This document shows, piece by piece, positions 9,125 through 18,083 of a stretch of 32,079 nucleotides of DNA. Position numbers and translations under genes: made by a program. The stretch spans positions 1 through 32,079 of the IMG/VR virus record IMGVR_UViG_3300045988_103181. The stretch is one strand, 5' to 3'. Each line of letters begins with the position of its first letter. Position 1 is the stretch's first letter. The DNA comes from a virus. Below the pieces are notes generated by a model. That model made no database searches and was not told the origin of the DNA. It saw only the letters and a program-made list of their open reading frames with translations.

Positions 9125-9438
9125 AAAATTAATGTCTGCTTAATTAGTGATAATTAAGTAAGTGTATGTGAACCTTATCAAGGGTGTGAGATTAAAATAT
9201 AAGTAGGAAATGACTTGTTGAGATAATCTTGCTAACTGGGGAAGCCTAAGTCCAAAAGATATGGTTATCCAGTGCCAAGCCTAGAAATAGGAAGGTCAAA
9301 CGACTATGAGTTCGTTACTCAGTACAATATCTATTGATACGATATTGGAAGTGCATACTATCTCAAATGAGATAAAGATATAGTCTAATCCCACTTTTAA
9401 ATAAGTGTTAAAGTGCTAGGAAACTAGGGGTGTAAATG
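9125..9438 (+). ncRNA. group I self-splicing intron (ORF-less, 314 nt) interrupting the tape measure gene
   Basis: R-like element TCAAACGACTATGA at 9296-9309 and S element AAGATATAGTCT at 9375-9386, with P7 pairing GACTA/TAGTC. The upstream exon ends in U and the intron ends in G. Joining the exons restores ATG (M) and the conserved TMP motif. Confidence 0.8.
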
Positions 9439-10651
9439 GTTAGATAATTTGAAACTTGGTTATGGGGGAACAAAAACAGAAATGGAAAGATTACTTGCTG
9501 ATGCTGAAAAGATATCAGGAGTACATTATGACATTTCTAATTTAAATGATGTATTTAATGCTATTCATGTAATTCAAGAAGAATTAGATGTAACAGGAAC
9601 GACAGCAAAAGAAGCCTCTACTACTATAAGTGGTTCAATAAATAGTGCTAAGTCAGCATTTAGTAATTTCCTAAGTGGTGCAGGTGGAATTGAAGAAGTA
9701 ATAAGTACCTTTACTACTGCTGGAACAAATATATCAAATGCGATAGTAAAAATGGCACCTCAAATAATAACTGGTTTAACTACTTTATTAAATAATCTAG
9801 TACCTTTAATTAGCCCTTTACTTCAAGCGATATTACCAGCATTGATACAAGGAACTTCAACATTAATAATGGGGCTAGTTCAAGCATTGCCTGGTATTAT
9901 TCAAATATTAATGGGTATGTTGCCTACTATAATTCAAGAATTGGCAAATATGCTACCAGTTATACTTACTTCATTAATTCAAGGGTTAGTTATGATTATT
10001 CAAGAATTGGCTAATCAATTACCTATATTGATACCAGTTATAATAGATGCTATTCTTAGCACTATACCTATATTAATTGATAATTTACCTTTATTTATAG
10101 ATGCTGGTTTTAAATTACTAGGTGGTTTAATTTCTGGTATATTAAATGCTCTTCCAATATTGCTAGCCAGAGCAGGAGAAATCATTGTTGATTTAGTTGA
10201 ATATTTCAAAGGAATGCCTAAAATGATGTGGGATTGTGGTAAAAATTTAATACAAGGTCTTTGGAATGGTATTAAGTCTGCTAAAGATTGGGTACTTGAC
10301 AAGATAGCAGGTATAGGTAATTCAATAATGAAAAAAATCAAAGGAATATTTGGAGTACATAGCCCATCAACAGAGTTTGCATGGGTTGGTAAGATGAATA
10401 TGCTAGGTTTAGAAAAAGGTATGGAAGACATGAAAGGGCAAGTTAATTCAACAGTCGGAGGAATGTTTGATGATATGTTTAGTTTATCACCTAGCCTATA
10501 TGGAAGTTCAAGTACCAATTTAAGCCCACAAGTTAATGTAGTAGTAAATAATAATATGGAGCAAGACCCATTAGGACAAATGGTTAATAATATTAAGACA
10601 TTTAGCGGTGGCTCTAAAAATGACTATAATTATGGAATGGGAGGAGCATAA
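9439..10651 (+). CDS. tape measure protein, exon 2
   Basis: Begins (M)LDNLKLGYGGTKTEMERLLADAEKISGVHYDISNLNDVFNAIHVIQ, then a hydrophobic repeat-rich C-terminus typical of TMPs. There is no ATG or RBS of its own, because the track start is a TTG. Confidence 0.75.
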
Positions 10652-10653
10652 AC

Positions 10654-12144
10654 ATGAGTAGATTAAAAATGTTAATAAATAACGAAGAAGTAGTATGCAA
10701 TAAAGATTTTACTATAACAGAGGAGATGCTTGCTACTTCCTCTACCATTCTCAACAATTGCTATCCAAAAAGTTGGGAAAATGATAAAAATTATGTTTCT
10801 AGATTTTATTATCCTAAAGATTACTCAAAATGTAAGATATATAAAGATGATGTACTTGTTTTTTGTGGAGTAGTAAAAAATTCGGGGAACATAAGTCTTA
10901 ACCCTAGATATCCTCACTTTTGTAGTTTACAAATATTAGATTTTAAGACTTTACTTAGTGAGGGTGAGACTTTAGACTTCGTTATAAGTAATAAGACTAT
11001 AACTGAGGCAATAGAAATGATAATAGATGCAATTAAAGATTATGGGTTTGTATTAGGTAATATCAATATCTTTGGTGCTGATGATATAATTGGTGCTTAT
11101 TCAACACAGAATAAAACTGCTTACGATGTATTTCAATATTTGGCAGATATAACAGGCTCTAAATGGTTTACAAGACTTGTTGATGAAGATAAAGTTGCTA
11201 TTGACTTTTATGACCCTACATTAATGACAAGAGGGAAGAATATTGAATATAATGTTACTTGGTTTGAAGAAAATAATATAAATGACATTTCATTTAATTA
11301 TGGAAGTAGAGATTATAGAAATAAACAAATAATGCAATCTGATGAAGTGTATGCTAGCATAGATTATACTGAAACATTAATAGCAAATGGATATGATGTT
11401 AATTTCTTAACATCTTCTAATATAGGTAATGTAAGAAGTATAAGTGTTGATGGTGTACCTAAGACATTTGCTACCAAATCAGACAAAGAAATAGGAATAG
11501 ATGCAAATTTCTATTATACACCAGGCAAAAATCAAATAGAAAGTGAAGAAAATTATTCGGCTGGTGTTCAAATACAAATAGTATATCAACCTCTTGTAAA
11601 AGGTAGACAAATAGTGTATAATAATGATGAAGTAGACAGAGTAGCAAATCAAATAGGAAGAAGAGGAGTTATAGCAAGATATGAGAATAGAAACGATGTC
11701 CTTTCAAGTGCAGAACTTGATAAAGTAGGGCAATCTTATATCAAATATAAAGGCAGTGCAGAGGTTAATTTAAAGGTAGTAACCGATGATAAAGATATTT
11801 ACAATATAGGACAAATAGTACACTTTGAAGCACCTATAGAAGATTTAACACAAGATTATATGGTAAAAAGAAAAGAAATAAAGGTAATAAATACAACAGA
11901 CCAAGAAAAAATATTCTATACTTATGAACTATCAAGTTCGTTCAATAGTGAAAGAGCAATAAATTGGTTTGATAATCAAAGAAATAAAGCAAGTGGGAAT
12001 ATTCAAGAGGGTGAAACTATAACTAGAAATATTGATATAGAAAATTCAGCAAATATTATTTACAACAATTTAACAGTAAGTGAGATAAGTATAAATGGCA
12101 ACAACATTTTAAATTGTGTTTTAAATGCACCATTTATAAGTTAG
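10654..12144 (+). CDS. distal tail protein (Dit-like, siphovirus tail component)
   Basis: 496 aa immediately after the TMP gene. Assigned by the conserved TMP-Dit-Tal gene order. Confidence 0.5.
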   Translation: MSRLKMLINNEEVVCNKDFTITEEMLATSSTILNNCYPKSWENDKNYVSRFYYPKDYSKCKIYKDDVLVFCGVVKNSGNISLNPRYPHFCSLQILDFKTLLSEGETLDFVISNKTITEAIEMIIDAIKDYGFVLGNINIFGADDIIGAYSTQNKTAYDVFQYLADITGSKWFTRLVDEDKVAIDFYDPTLMTRGKNIEYNVTWFEENNINDISFNYGSRDYRNKQIMQSDEVYASIDYTETLIANGYDVNFLTSSNIGNVRSISVDGVPKTFATKSDKEIGIDANFYYTPGKNQIESEENYSAGVQIQIVYQPLVKGRQIVYNNDEVDRVANQIGRRGVIARYENRNDVLSSAELDKVGQSYIKYKGSAEVNLKVVTDDKDIYNIGQIVHFEAPIEDLTQDYMVKRKEIKVINTTDQEKIFYTYELSSSFNSERAINWFDNQRNKASGNIQEGETITRNIDIENSANIIYNNLTVSEISINGNNILNCVLNAPFIS

Positions 12145-12153
12145 GAGGTAAGT

Positions 12154-14064
12154 ATGACAGATGATTATAAAAAGAACATATTAGCATATTTATGTGGAAA
12201 AACAGAAAAACAAACAGGCTATGATGTTCCTGGAATTATAACAGCAGGCTTACATATAAACAATTTATATACTGAATTAGGAGCAATAGTAGGCGAATAT
12301 TTTTCTAGTATAGATAAAAATGTCGTGCATTTAAATGGATATAAGCAAGCCTTTAATAGCACCATAACTATTCTTTATGGTTATTCTGCTAATGACAGAC
12401 ATCCTAAGCAATATGGCTGGCTAGCATTAGTTGATGAAACATTTAAATTAATTCAAGTTATAGACACTTATTCAAGTGGTGTTGTTATGGGGTATGTTGA
12501 TGATTTAGAAATAGCAAACGATGGAAGCATTTACTTAATAGAAAGAAGATATGATAATGCTGAAATACAAAGAATAGTAACATTAAATAATATAGCAATC
12601 AAGCCTTTAAATTCTGATACCTATACTGCAAAAATAAAAAAAGCATACCAAATATCAGACCAAAGTGTAGAAGCAACGAATTTCTTATATCAAATAATAA
12701 AAAAACACCCTAATAAGAATAGTTTTTGTTTTGGTGGCTTCAAATATGGAAGTTCAAGCCCATATAATGTTGTTACTGAATTGGTAGACCAAGGAACAGG
12801 TTCGCCAGAGATAACTACATATAATTCTAGTGTAAGTGTAGTTGTAAAAGACTTATGGGCAAGTTGGGATAATGAAGATAATTTAGATTTTAGAATGGTA
12901 GGACATGACTTTGCAAATTATAATGAAACTTATTTATTAGATAAAAGCGGTAATAGTGTAAGTTCTACAAACATAAATGTTCCTATTACAACAAGTGGAG
13001 CATATATACCAAGAGCAGATATGAAAATGTTAACTAAAACAGATGTTTATTATTGCGGTTATGAATTAAAGTTATCAGAAAAAAGGGTGTATGTTATTTA
13101 TAGATTAAATGGAAATTCATACAAAAACATATATGCAAAAAATGAAGAATTTAAAGCATTTGATAGAAACGAAACTACCGAAAACAGATTTGTTGTAAGT
13201 GATGGTGAATTATTTTATTATGCTAGTATATATGTAGGTGATGAAACTAATTATAAAGTTAATTATGGAAGAGTAGTTGGTGATAAAGTATATTTAAATG
13301 AAGAATTTTTTACCATAACAGATTTGATATATGCTTTTAATATATTAACTATAATCAAAGTATATAATTTATATAATATGTTTTATCAATCAAAAGATAA
13401 TGGAACTTCTCATTTACAAATTTATAATGTTAATAACTACAATGGTTCTGCTTATTCAAATATAAATAGTATGGTGCCTAATCAAGGCGTGCTATATGAT
13501 GGAAAAGGTAACCCTATATTTGCACGAAACTTATATAATAAAACAATAACTGGAAGAACTACTCAAAGTACTATTGAGGTACCAAATAATTACTTAAATG
13601 ATAAAATTATAGCAAAAGAGAACTTATTAAGTGAAACTAATTCAATATTAATAAGTAATAGTCAGACTATAACAAAGAATATATATGAAACATTAAATAT
13701 AAATTTTATAAATACTTTGCAAATAAAGAATGATAATGATGAGGCTAATCCTATACTTAATCCAGTAGGGGCAAGTAGATTGAATAATAGTATATCAGAA
13801 ACAACTGATTATGATAATACTAAAGCATTAAAAATAAAAATCAATTATACCGATAATACTAATTATATACTTCAATTAAAAGAAAATCAAATTGATAAGA
13901 TTAGTGATACAAGTTATATGTATGACTTTGATATATACGCATCAAAAAGCATAACAAATATTCAAATAATAAGCAACGATGAAACTACAATTTATCAGAC
14001 TATAACTTCAACATTTGAAGTAGGTAAATTATATAACATTACTCAAATGGTGGAAATAGTATAA
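12154..14064 (+). CDS. tail-associated protein (Tal-like) / minor structural protein, probable baseplate and receptor-binding component
   Basis: 636 aa after the Dit-like gene. N/S/T/Y-rich C-terminal half typical of host-recognition proteins. Confidence 0.5.
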   Translation: MTDDYKKNILAYLCGKTEKQTGYDVPGIITAGLHINNLYTELGAIVGEYFSSIDKNVVHLNGYKQAFNSTITILYGYSANDRHPKQYGWLALVDETFKLIQVIDTYSSGVVMGYVDDLEIANDGSIYLIERRYDNAEIQRIVTLNNIAIKPLNSDTYTAKIKKAYQISDQSVEATNFLYQIIKKHPNKNSFCFGGFKYGSSSPYNVVTELVDQGTGSPEITTYNSSVSVVVKDLWASWDNEDNLDFRMVGHDFANYNETYLLDKSGNSVSSTNINVPITTSGAYIPRADMKMLTKTDVYYCGYELKLSEKRVYVIYRLNGNSYKNIYAKNEEFKAFDRNETTENRFVVSDGELFYYASIYVGDETNYKVNYGRVVGDKVYLNEEFFTITDLIYAFNILTIIKVYNLYNMFYQSKDNGTSHLQIYNVNNYNGSAYSNINSMVPNQGVLYDGKGNPIFARNLYNKTITGRTTQSTIEVPNNYLNDKIIAKENLLSETNSILISNSQTITKNIYETLNINFINTLQIKNDNDEANPILNPVGASRLNNSISETTDYDNTKALKIKINYTDNTNYILQLKENQIDKISDTSYMYDFDIYASKSITNIQIISNDETTIYQTITSTFEVGKLYNITQMVEIV

Positions 14065-14077
14065 AGGAGGAGATAAT

Positions 14078-14647
14078 ATGGCTAAAATAACATTTGAAGA
14101 CAAAGTGGCATTAAATGTTAATTCTGATATAGCAGATGTAAATAAGGTAAATGATAGTGATATGAACGAAATAAAAAATGTAGTTAATACAAATGATGAT
14201 AACACTACTAATAATTCAAATGCAATAGGAATTTTATCAAGTTTAAATACTACCAATAAGAATAATTTAGTAAGTGCAATAAATGAAGTTAATGATAATG
14301 ATGTATTAAAAGGAACATATTCTACTAATGAAACAAAAATAGGAACATGGATGGGAAAGCCATTATACAGAAAAGTATTAAGCACTGTTGGTCTTGCAGG
14401 AGAGACAAAAAAAGCAATCGCTTACAATATAACAAACCCAGACAAAATCTGGATAGTTGGTGGTTTTGCATATTCTGACCGAAGAGTAGAAACATTGCCA
14501 ATGGTTGGTTATAATGGCGATTTATCACAAAAAATTGATGTGTGGGTAGAAACAATAGAAAATGCAGTCAAATTATATTCTAATGGAGGTTGGGGTAGTG
14601 ATTGGACTTTCTATGTAATTATAAATTATACAAAAGCAACAGATTAA
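14078..14647 (+). CDS. tail fibre / receptor-binding protein
   Basis: N-terminus ITFEDKVALNVNSDIADVNKVNDSDMNEIKNVVN resembles conserved phage tail-fibre N-termini, followed by a N/T-rich linker and a globular C-terminus. Confidence 0.55.
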   Translation: MAKITFEDKVALNVNSDIADVNKVNDSDMNEIKNVVNTNDDNTTNNSNAIGILSSLNTTNKNNLVSAINEVNDNDVLKGTYSTNETKIGTWMGKPLYRKVLSTVGLAGETKKAIAYNITNPDKIWIVGGFAYSDRRVETLPMVGYNGDLSQKIDVWVETIENAVKLYSNGGWGSDWTFYVIINYTKATD

Positions 14648-14756
14648 ATGTAAAAAATGTCAATCACCTACTCTATCAAAAATATAATATCAAATAAACA
14701 TCAAATAGCCAAAACCCCTAAAAAATAAGGCTTAACATAGTAGAGTAGGGGAGTAG

Positions 14757-14774
14757 TTGACATATAATTGTCAA
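14757..14774. promoter_or_regulatory. 18-bp perfect palindrome TTGACATATAATTGTCAA (operator-like, contains -35 and -10-like hexamers)
   Basis: Palindrome read directly from the sequence, 17 bp upstream of the lysis cassette start. Confidence 0.5.
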
Positions 14775-14790
14775 ATAAAAAGGAGGAAAT

Positions 14791-14997
14791 ATGAACGATA
14801 CAATAGTAGTAGCACTGATATCTTTTCTAGGTACTTGTATAGGTTCTTTTGCTGGAATGAATTTAATCAAGTATAGAATTAATCAACTTGAAAAAAAAGT
14901 AGAGAAACACAATACTGTGATAGAAAGAACATATCGACTAGAAGATGATATTAAGTATATAAATGAAGAAATTAGAGAATTGAAAGAGAGGTGTTAA
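14791..14997 (+). CDS. holin-like protein, BhlA/UviB-type (single TM plus coiled coil)
   Basis: 68 aa with an N-terminal TM helix (VVALISFLGTCIGSFAGM) and a charged coiled-coil C-terminus, immediately upstream of the holin and endolysin. Confidence 0.5.
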   Translation: MNDTIVVALISFLGTCIGSFAGMNLIKYRINQLEKKVEKHNTVIERTYRLEDDIKYINEEIRELKERC

Positions 14998-15191
14998 GAA
15001 TGGATAAATTTAAAAAAATTAGTAAATATGTGCTTAATATATTAACTATAATTAATGCTCTAATCATAGGAATTGCTCCTATATGGAATATTAATGCAGA
15101 TAAGATAACTAATACCATAGCAGTAGTTATAGCAGTAATATCAACATATTTATTAGGAAATAAGGCAGTAAATAAGATAAAAGGAGAGTAG
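14991..15191 (+). CDS. holin (two predicted TM helices)
   Basis: 66 aa with two hydrophobic segments and a charged C-terminus, directly upstream of the endolysin. Confidence 0.6.
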   Translation: MLRMDKFKKISKYVLNILTIINALIIGIAPIWNINADKITNTIAVVIAVISTYLLGNKAVNKIKGE

Positions 15192-15196
15192 ATAAT

Positions 15197-16105
15197 ATGG
15201 AAATAATAAAAAAATTAGTACCAGAAAGCAAATGGGGAATAAAATGTCCTTATGAAATGACACCAACTAGAATAGTAGTACATAATACTGCAAACGATGC
15301 AAGTGCTAGAAATGAAATAGCATATATGACAAATAATGACTATGAAACATCTTTCCACTATGCTGTTGATGATAAAGAAATAGTACAAGGAATAGAAGAA
15401 AATAGAAATGGCTGGCATGCATCTGATAGTAATGGCAAAGGAAATAGAGAGGGAATAGCAATAGAAATATGTTATTCAAAATCTGGTGGAGAAAGATTTA
15501 TCAAAGCCGAACAGAATGCAGTTGACCTAATTGTTGATATATTAAAAAGATATGGTTGGGGAATTGACAGAGTAACAAAACACCAAGATTATGGAAATCA
15601 TAAATATTGTCCTCATAGAACATTAGATATGGGCTGGGATAGGTTCTTAAATATGATAAAGGCTAAATTAGAAGATAAACCTACTTCAAACGAAGTTAAT
15701 GTTTATTACAGAGTTAAAACTCAAAAACATGGCTGGCTTTCAGAAGTTAAAAACCTAGAGGATTATGCTGGTTGGGAGAATAGCCCTATAACTGGACTTG
15801 CTATAAGAGTAGATAAAGGTTCTATTAAATATAGAGTTCATATTAAAGGAAAAGGCTGGTTGCCATTTGTTACGGGTTATGATATTAATGATTTTAACAA
15901 TGGTTTTGCTGGTGATGGAGTAAATGCTATTGACTGTGTAGAATGTTATTATTACACACCTAATAATATTAGACCATTCAAAAAAGCAAAATATAAAATA
16001 AATAATTATCCTTATCAATATGATAATGAAACATCAAATAATCAAGATGGATATGCTGGGGTATATGGAGTTAGTGCTACTAAGTTTCAAATAACAATTG
16101 AATAA
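15197..16105 (+). CDS. endolysin: N-acetylmuramoyl-L-alanine amidase (Amidase_2/PGRP) with C-terminal cell-wall-binding region
   Basis: Amidase_2 motifs are present (VVHNTAN, FHYAV.D, GIAIEICY, YCPHR, i.e. His/Cys zinc ligands). The gene follows the holins. Confidence 0.8.
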   Translation: MEIIKKLVPESKWGIKCPYEMTPTRIVVHNTANDASARNEIAYMTNNDYETSFHYAVDDKEIVQGIEENRNGWHASDSNGKGNREGIAIEICYSKSGGERFIKAEQNAVDLIVDILKRYGWGIDRVTKHQDYGNHKYCPHRTLDMGWDRFLNMIKAKLEDKPTSNEVNVYYRVKTQKHGWLSEVKNLEDYAGWENSPITGLAIRVDKGSIKYRVHIKGKGWLPFVTGYDINDFNNGFAGDGVNAIDCVECYYYTPNNIRPFKKAKYKINNYPYQYDNETSNNQDGYAGVYGVSATKFQITIE

Positions 16106-16418
16106 AGATATTAAGATAATGCTTAAAATCTATAAAACAAAAGAAAGAGATTGGCTAGGCTATAAGATATATAGAAATACTCCATTAACAAGACATCATA
16201 TATTTAAAAGGGTATATGGTGGTGCAAACGATATATCTAATTATGCTTTATTAATAGAAAAATCTCATGAGGACTTGCATAGAATTGAAAAAATAGATTT
16301 ACAAGCATATAACGAATTAAATAATTTATTCAGAGAATTAAATGAAAGTATGCAACCTCCAAACGAAGAATATTACCAAAATGTAAGTAAAATATTAAAG
16401 AGAGTTAAAAAAAATTAA
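16098..16418 (+). CDS. small HNH-like nuclease domain protein (putative)
   Basis: 106 aa. TRHHIFKRVYGGANDISNYALLIEKSHEDLH has HNH-like spacing of His and Asn residues. Confidence 0.35.
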   Translation: MNKDIKIMLKIYKTKERDWLGYKIYRNTPLTRHHIFKRVYGGANDISNYALLIEKSHEDLHRIEKIDLQAYNELNNLFRELNESMQPPNEEYYQNVSKILKRVKKN

Positions 16419-16436
16419 CTCTTTTTTCTTTATTTT
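16402..16436 (+). terminator. rho-independent terminator (GAGTTAA/TTAACTC stem followed by a T-run)
   Basis: Hairpin followed by TTTTTTCTTTATTTT, read directly. It ends the late transcription unit. Confidence 0.65.
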
Positions 16437-16488
16437 ATAAGGGTTTATAAAGAAAATGTAAAAAAAATAAAAAAATTATTAAAATGTA

Positions 16489-16518
16489 TTGACAAATGTA
16501 TATACAATGTGCTATAAT
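16489..16518 (+). promoter_or_regulatory. sigma-A promoter: TTGACA, 18 bp, TGcTATAAT (early-region promoter)
   Basis: Consensus hexamers with an extended -10, read directly, ahead of a run of small early ORFs. Confidence 0.7.
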
Positions 16519-16551
16519 AATATTGTAATTAAGGAAAGGAAGAGATGAAAA

Positions 16552-16647
16552 ATGAATATGACAAAAGAACAATTTATTGAATATTTACACGCAACAAAAG
16601 GTTATACAATAGAAGAGGCTAAAGAAATGGCTGAAATTTATTATTAA
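16552..16647 (+). CDS. hypothetical 31-aa protein (small ORF not in track)
   Basis: Translates MNMTKEQFIEYLHATKGYTIEEAKEMAEIYY, with a GGAAAGGAAG RBS upstream. Confidence 0.3.
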   Translation: MNMTKEQFIEYLHATKGYTIEEAKEMAEIYY

Positions 16648-16662
16648 AAAGAAGGAACAATA

Positions 16663-16815
16663 ATGAAAAAAGAAATTAAGAAAGTTGAAAAATTAATAAA
16701 TAAGAAAGGTTATATACCAGTGTTAAATGGTAATGAAATAGTATTCATTTATAATAAGATAACTGGTAAAGAATATACACCTAAGTATAGTTTAATGATA
16801 GGAGGTGAATTATAA
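16663..16815 (+). CDS. hypothetical 50-aa protein (small ORF not in track)
   Basis: Translates MKKEIKKVEKLINKKGYIPVLNGNEIVFIYNKITGKEYTPKYSLMIGGEL. GAAGGAA RBS. Its stop overlaps the next gene's start. Confidence 0.35.
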   Translation: MKKEIKKVEKLINKKGYIPVLNGNEIVFIYNKITGKEYTPKYSLMIGGEL

Positions 16816-17051
16816 TGAGAACATTAAAAGAAATTAAAGAATATTTAAAAAATGCAGAAACTGAAGAATTAGTTAGCAAAAGAGGAAATAAATATCAAGT
16901 AGTAAAAGTAAGCAAAAAAACATTATATAGAATATTTGATTTTAAAAGTTTAAGAAAATCAATACATTCAATAGATTATAAATATATATACCCAGTTGTA
17001 TGGTTTGAAAAAGGCAAAAAAACAGAAGTAATAGTAATGGAGGAGAAATAA
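16815..17051 (+). CDS. hypothetical protein
   Basis: 78-aa ORF with a GGAGG RBS. Confidence 0.4.
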   Translation: MRTLKEIKEYLKNAETEELVSKRGNKYQVVKVSKKTLYRIFDFKSLRKSIHSIDYKYIYPVVWFEKGKKTEVIVMEEK

Positions 17052-17241
17052 TGAAAAAGATAATTAAATGGTTAAGAGATAATTTAGATAGAGATTTATA
17101 TGAATATTATGGAGTTAAGAAAGGAGAAAGAATATAATGAAAAAGTTTTTAAAAGAAAATAAAGGAGTAATTATATTCTATGCAGAATTAGTTATAATTA
17201 CATTAATAGTAGTAAACAATTTATAGAAAGGAAGTGATAAA

Positions 17242-17412
17242 ATGGCAAATGATGATATACTAAGAATAAGTTTATTAATATTGTTATCAGTTGTAATTGG
17301 AGCAATAATTACTTATGTTGGGTTTACTTATAACAGATATGATGTTAATAGAGATGGAAAAGTAACATCTGCAGATTATGTAGAAATTAAAAATTATATA
17401 ATGGAAAAATAA
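17242..17412 (+). CDS. 56-aa membrane peptide with dockerin/EF-hand-like calcium-binding loop (DVNRDGKVTSADYVEIKNYI)
   Basis: Small ORF not in the track with a GGAAG RBS. It has an N-terminal TM helix followed by a DxNxDGxVxxxD loop. Confidence 0.35.
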   Translation: MANDDILRISLLILLSVVIGAIITYVGFTYNRYDVNRDGKVTSADYVEIKNYIMEK

Positions 17413-17420
17413 AAAGGAGA

Positions 17421-18083
17421 ATGAAGATGAAAAAGAATAAAGAGGTAATGACTAGAAAAAGTTATAAAAGAAAAAAAGAAATAAATAAGGTTTGGGTTAA
17501 GGTTAAAAAAGTTTTGATAATATTTTTTATAGGTTTTATGTGTGGACTTGTATATAGCAACTTATTTATAGGCTCAGATTTAATTGCTAAAGCAGAGACA
17601 AGCGAAAGTAAGAAAGCAATACAAATAGACCAAAAAGAAGAAAAACCTCTCAAATCGCAAAAAAATGCCGAATTAGAGGGCTTGAAAAAAATAGAAGAAT
17701 TGTCAAATGAATGCACCTTAGATGAAGTATCTTGCAAAATTAAAAAAGTAGCACAAGATTATGGTGTTGATTGGATATTAGCAATTGCTATCTCGAAACA
17801 TGAAACATGGGACTATACATCTTATATATTCAAACATCAAAATAATGTTGGTGGTTTATGGAATGGTATAAAAGGTGAATTCTATAGTTATGAAACTTTA
17901 GATGCAGGTATAGAAGCCTATATATCTAATTTAAAACATAATTATTATGATGAAGGTCGCACAACAATAGAAACTATACAGCCTAAATATGCACCAATAG
18001 GAGCAAATAATGACCCTAATGATTTGAATAGTAATTGGATACCTGGTGTTACTAGAAGATATAAAGAATTAGGAGGGAAATAA
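17421..18083 (+). CDS. membrane-anchored peptidoglycan hydrolase, glucosaminidase (FlgJ/PF01832)-like domain
   Basis: N-terminal TM helix (VLIIFFIGFMCGLVYSNLFI). C-terminus DYGVDWILAIAISKHETW...NNVGGLWNGIKGE..YSYETLDAGIEAYISNL resembles a glucosaminidase domain. The likely start is the ATG at 17427, after an AAGGAG RBS. Confidence 0.5.
   Translation: MKMKKNKEVMTRKSYKRKKEINKVWVKVKKVLIIFFIGFMCGLVYSNLFIGSDLIAKAETSESKKAIQIDQKEEKPLKSQKNAELEGLKKIEELSNECTLDEVSCKIKKVAQDYGVDWILAIAISKHETWDYTSYIFKHQNNVGGLWNGIKGEFYSYETLDAGIEAYISNLKHNYYDEGRTTIETIQPKYAPIGANNDPNDLNSNWIPGVTRRYKELGGK

Noticed and set aside
8643-9143. Treating 8643-9143 as a separate tail assembly chaperone gene and 9449-10651 as a TTG-initiated TMP
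   Set aside because: The two ORFs end and start within a single conserved TMP motif. The second lacks an ATG and RBS. The intervening 314 nt carries group I R/S/P7 elements with U and G at the splice borders.
9162-9175. 12-mer AGTGTATGTGAA shared between the intron (9162) and the non-coding region (30914) as evidence the 606-bp region is a second intron
   Set aside because: A 12-mer match is expected by chance in a 32-kb AT-rich genome. No S element or P7 partner is present and there are no flanking exon halves.
2582-14385. All reverse-strand ORFs in the track (2582-2800, 4385-4609, 5156-5341, 7002-7184, 7448-7651, 8621-8869, 10015-10518, 14029-14385, and the later ones at 15215-28799)
   Set aside because: Each lies entirely inside a confidently assigned + strand gene. 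They lack RBS motifs and have low-complexity hydrophobic composition typical of antisense frames in AT-rich DNA. The genome shows strict one-strand organisation.
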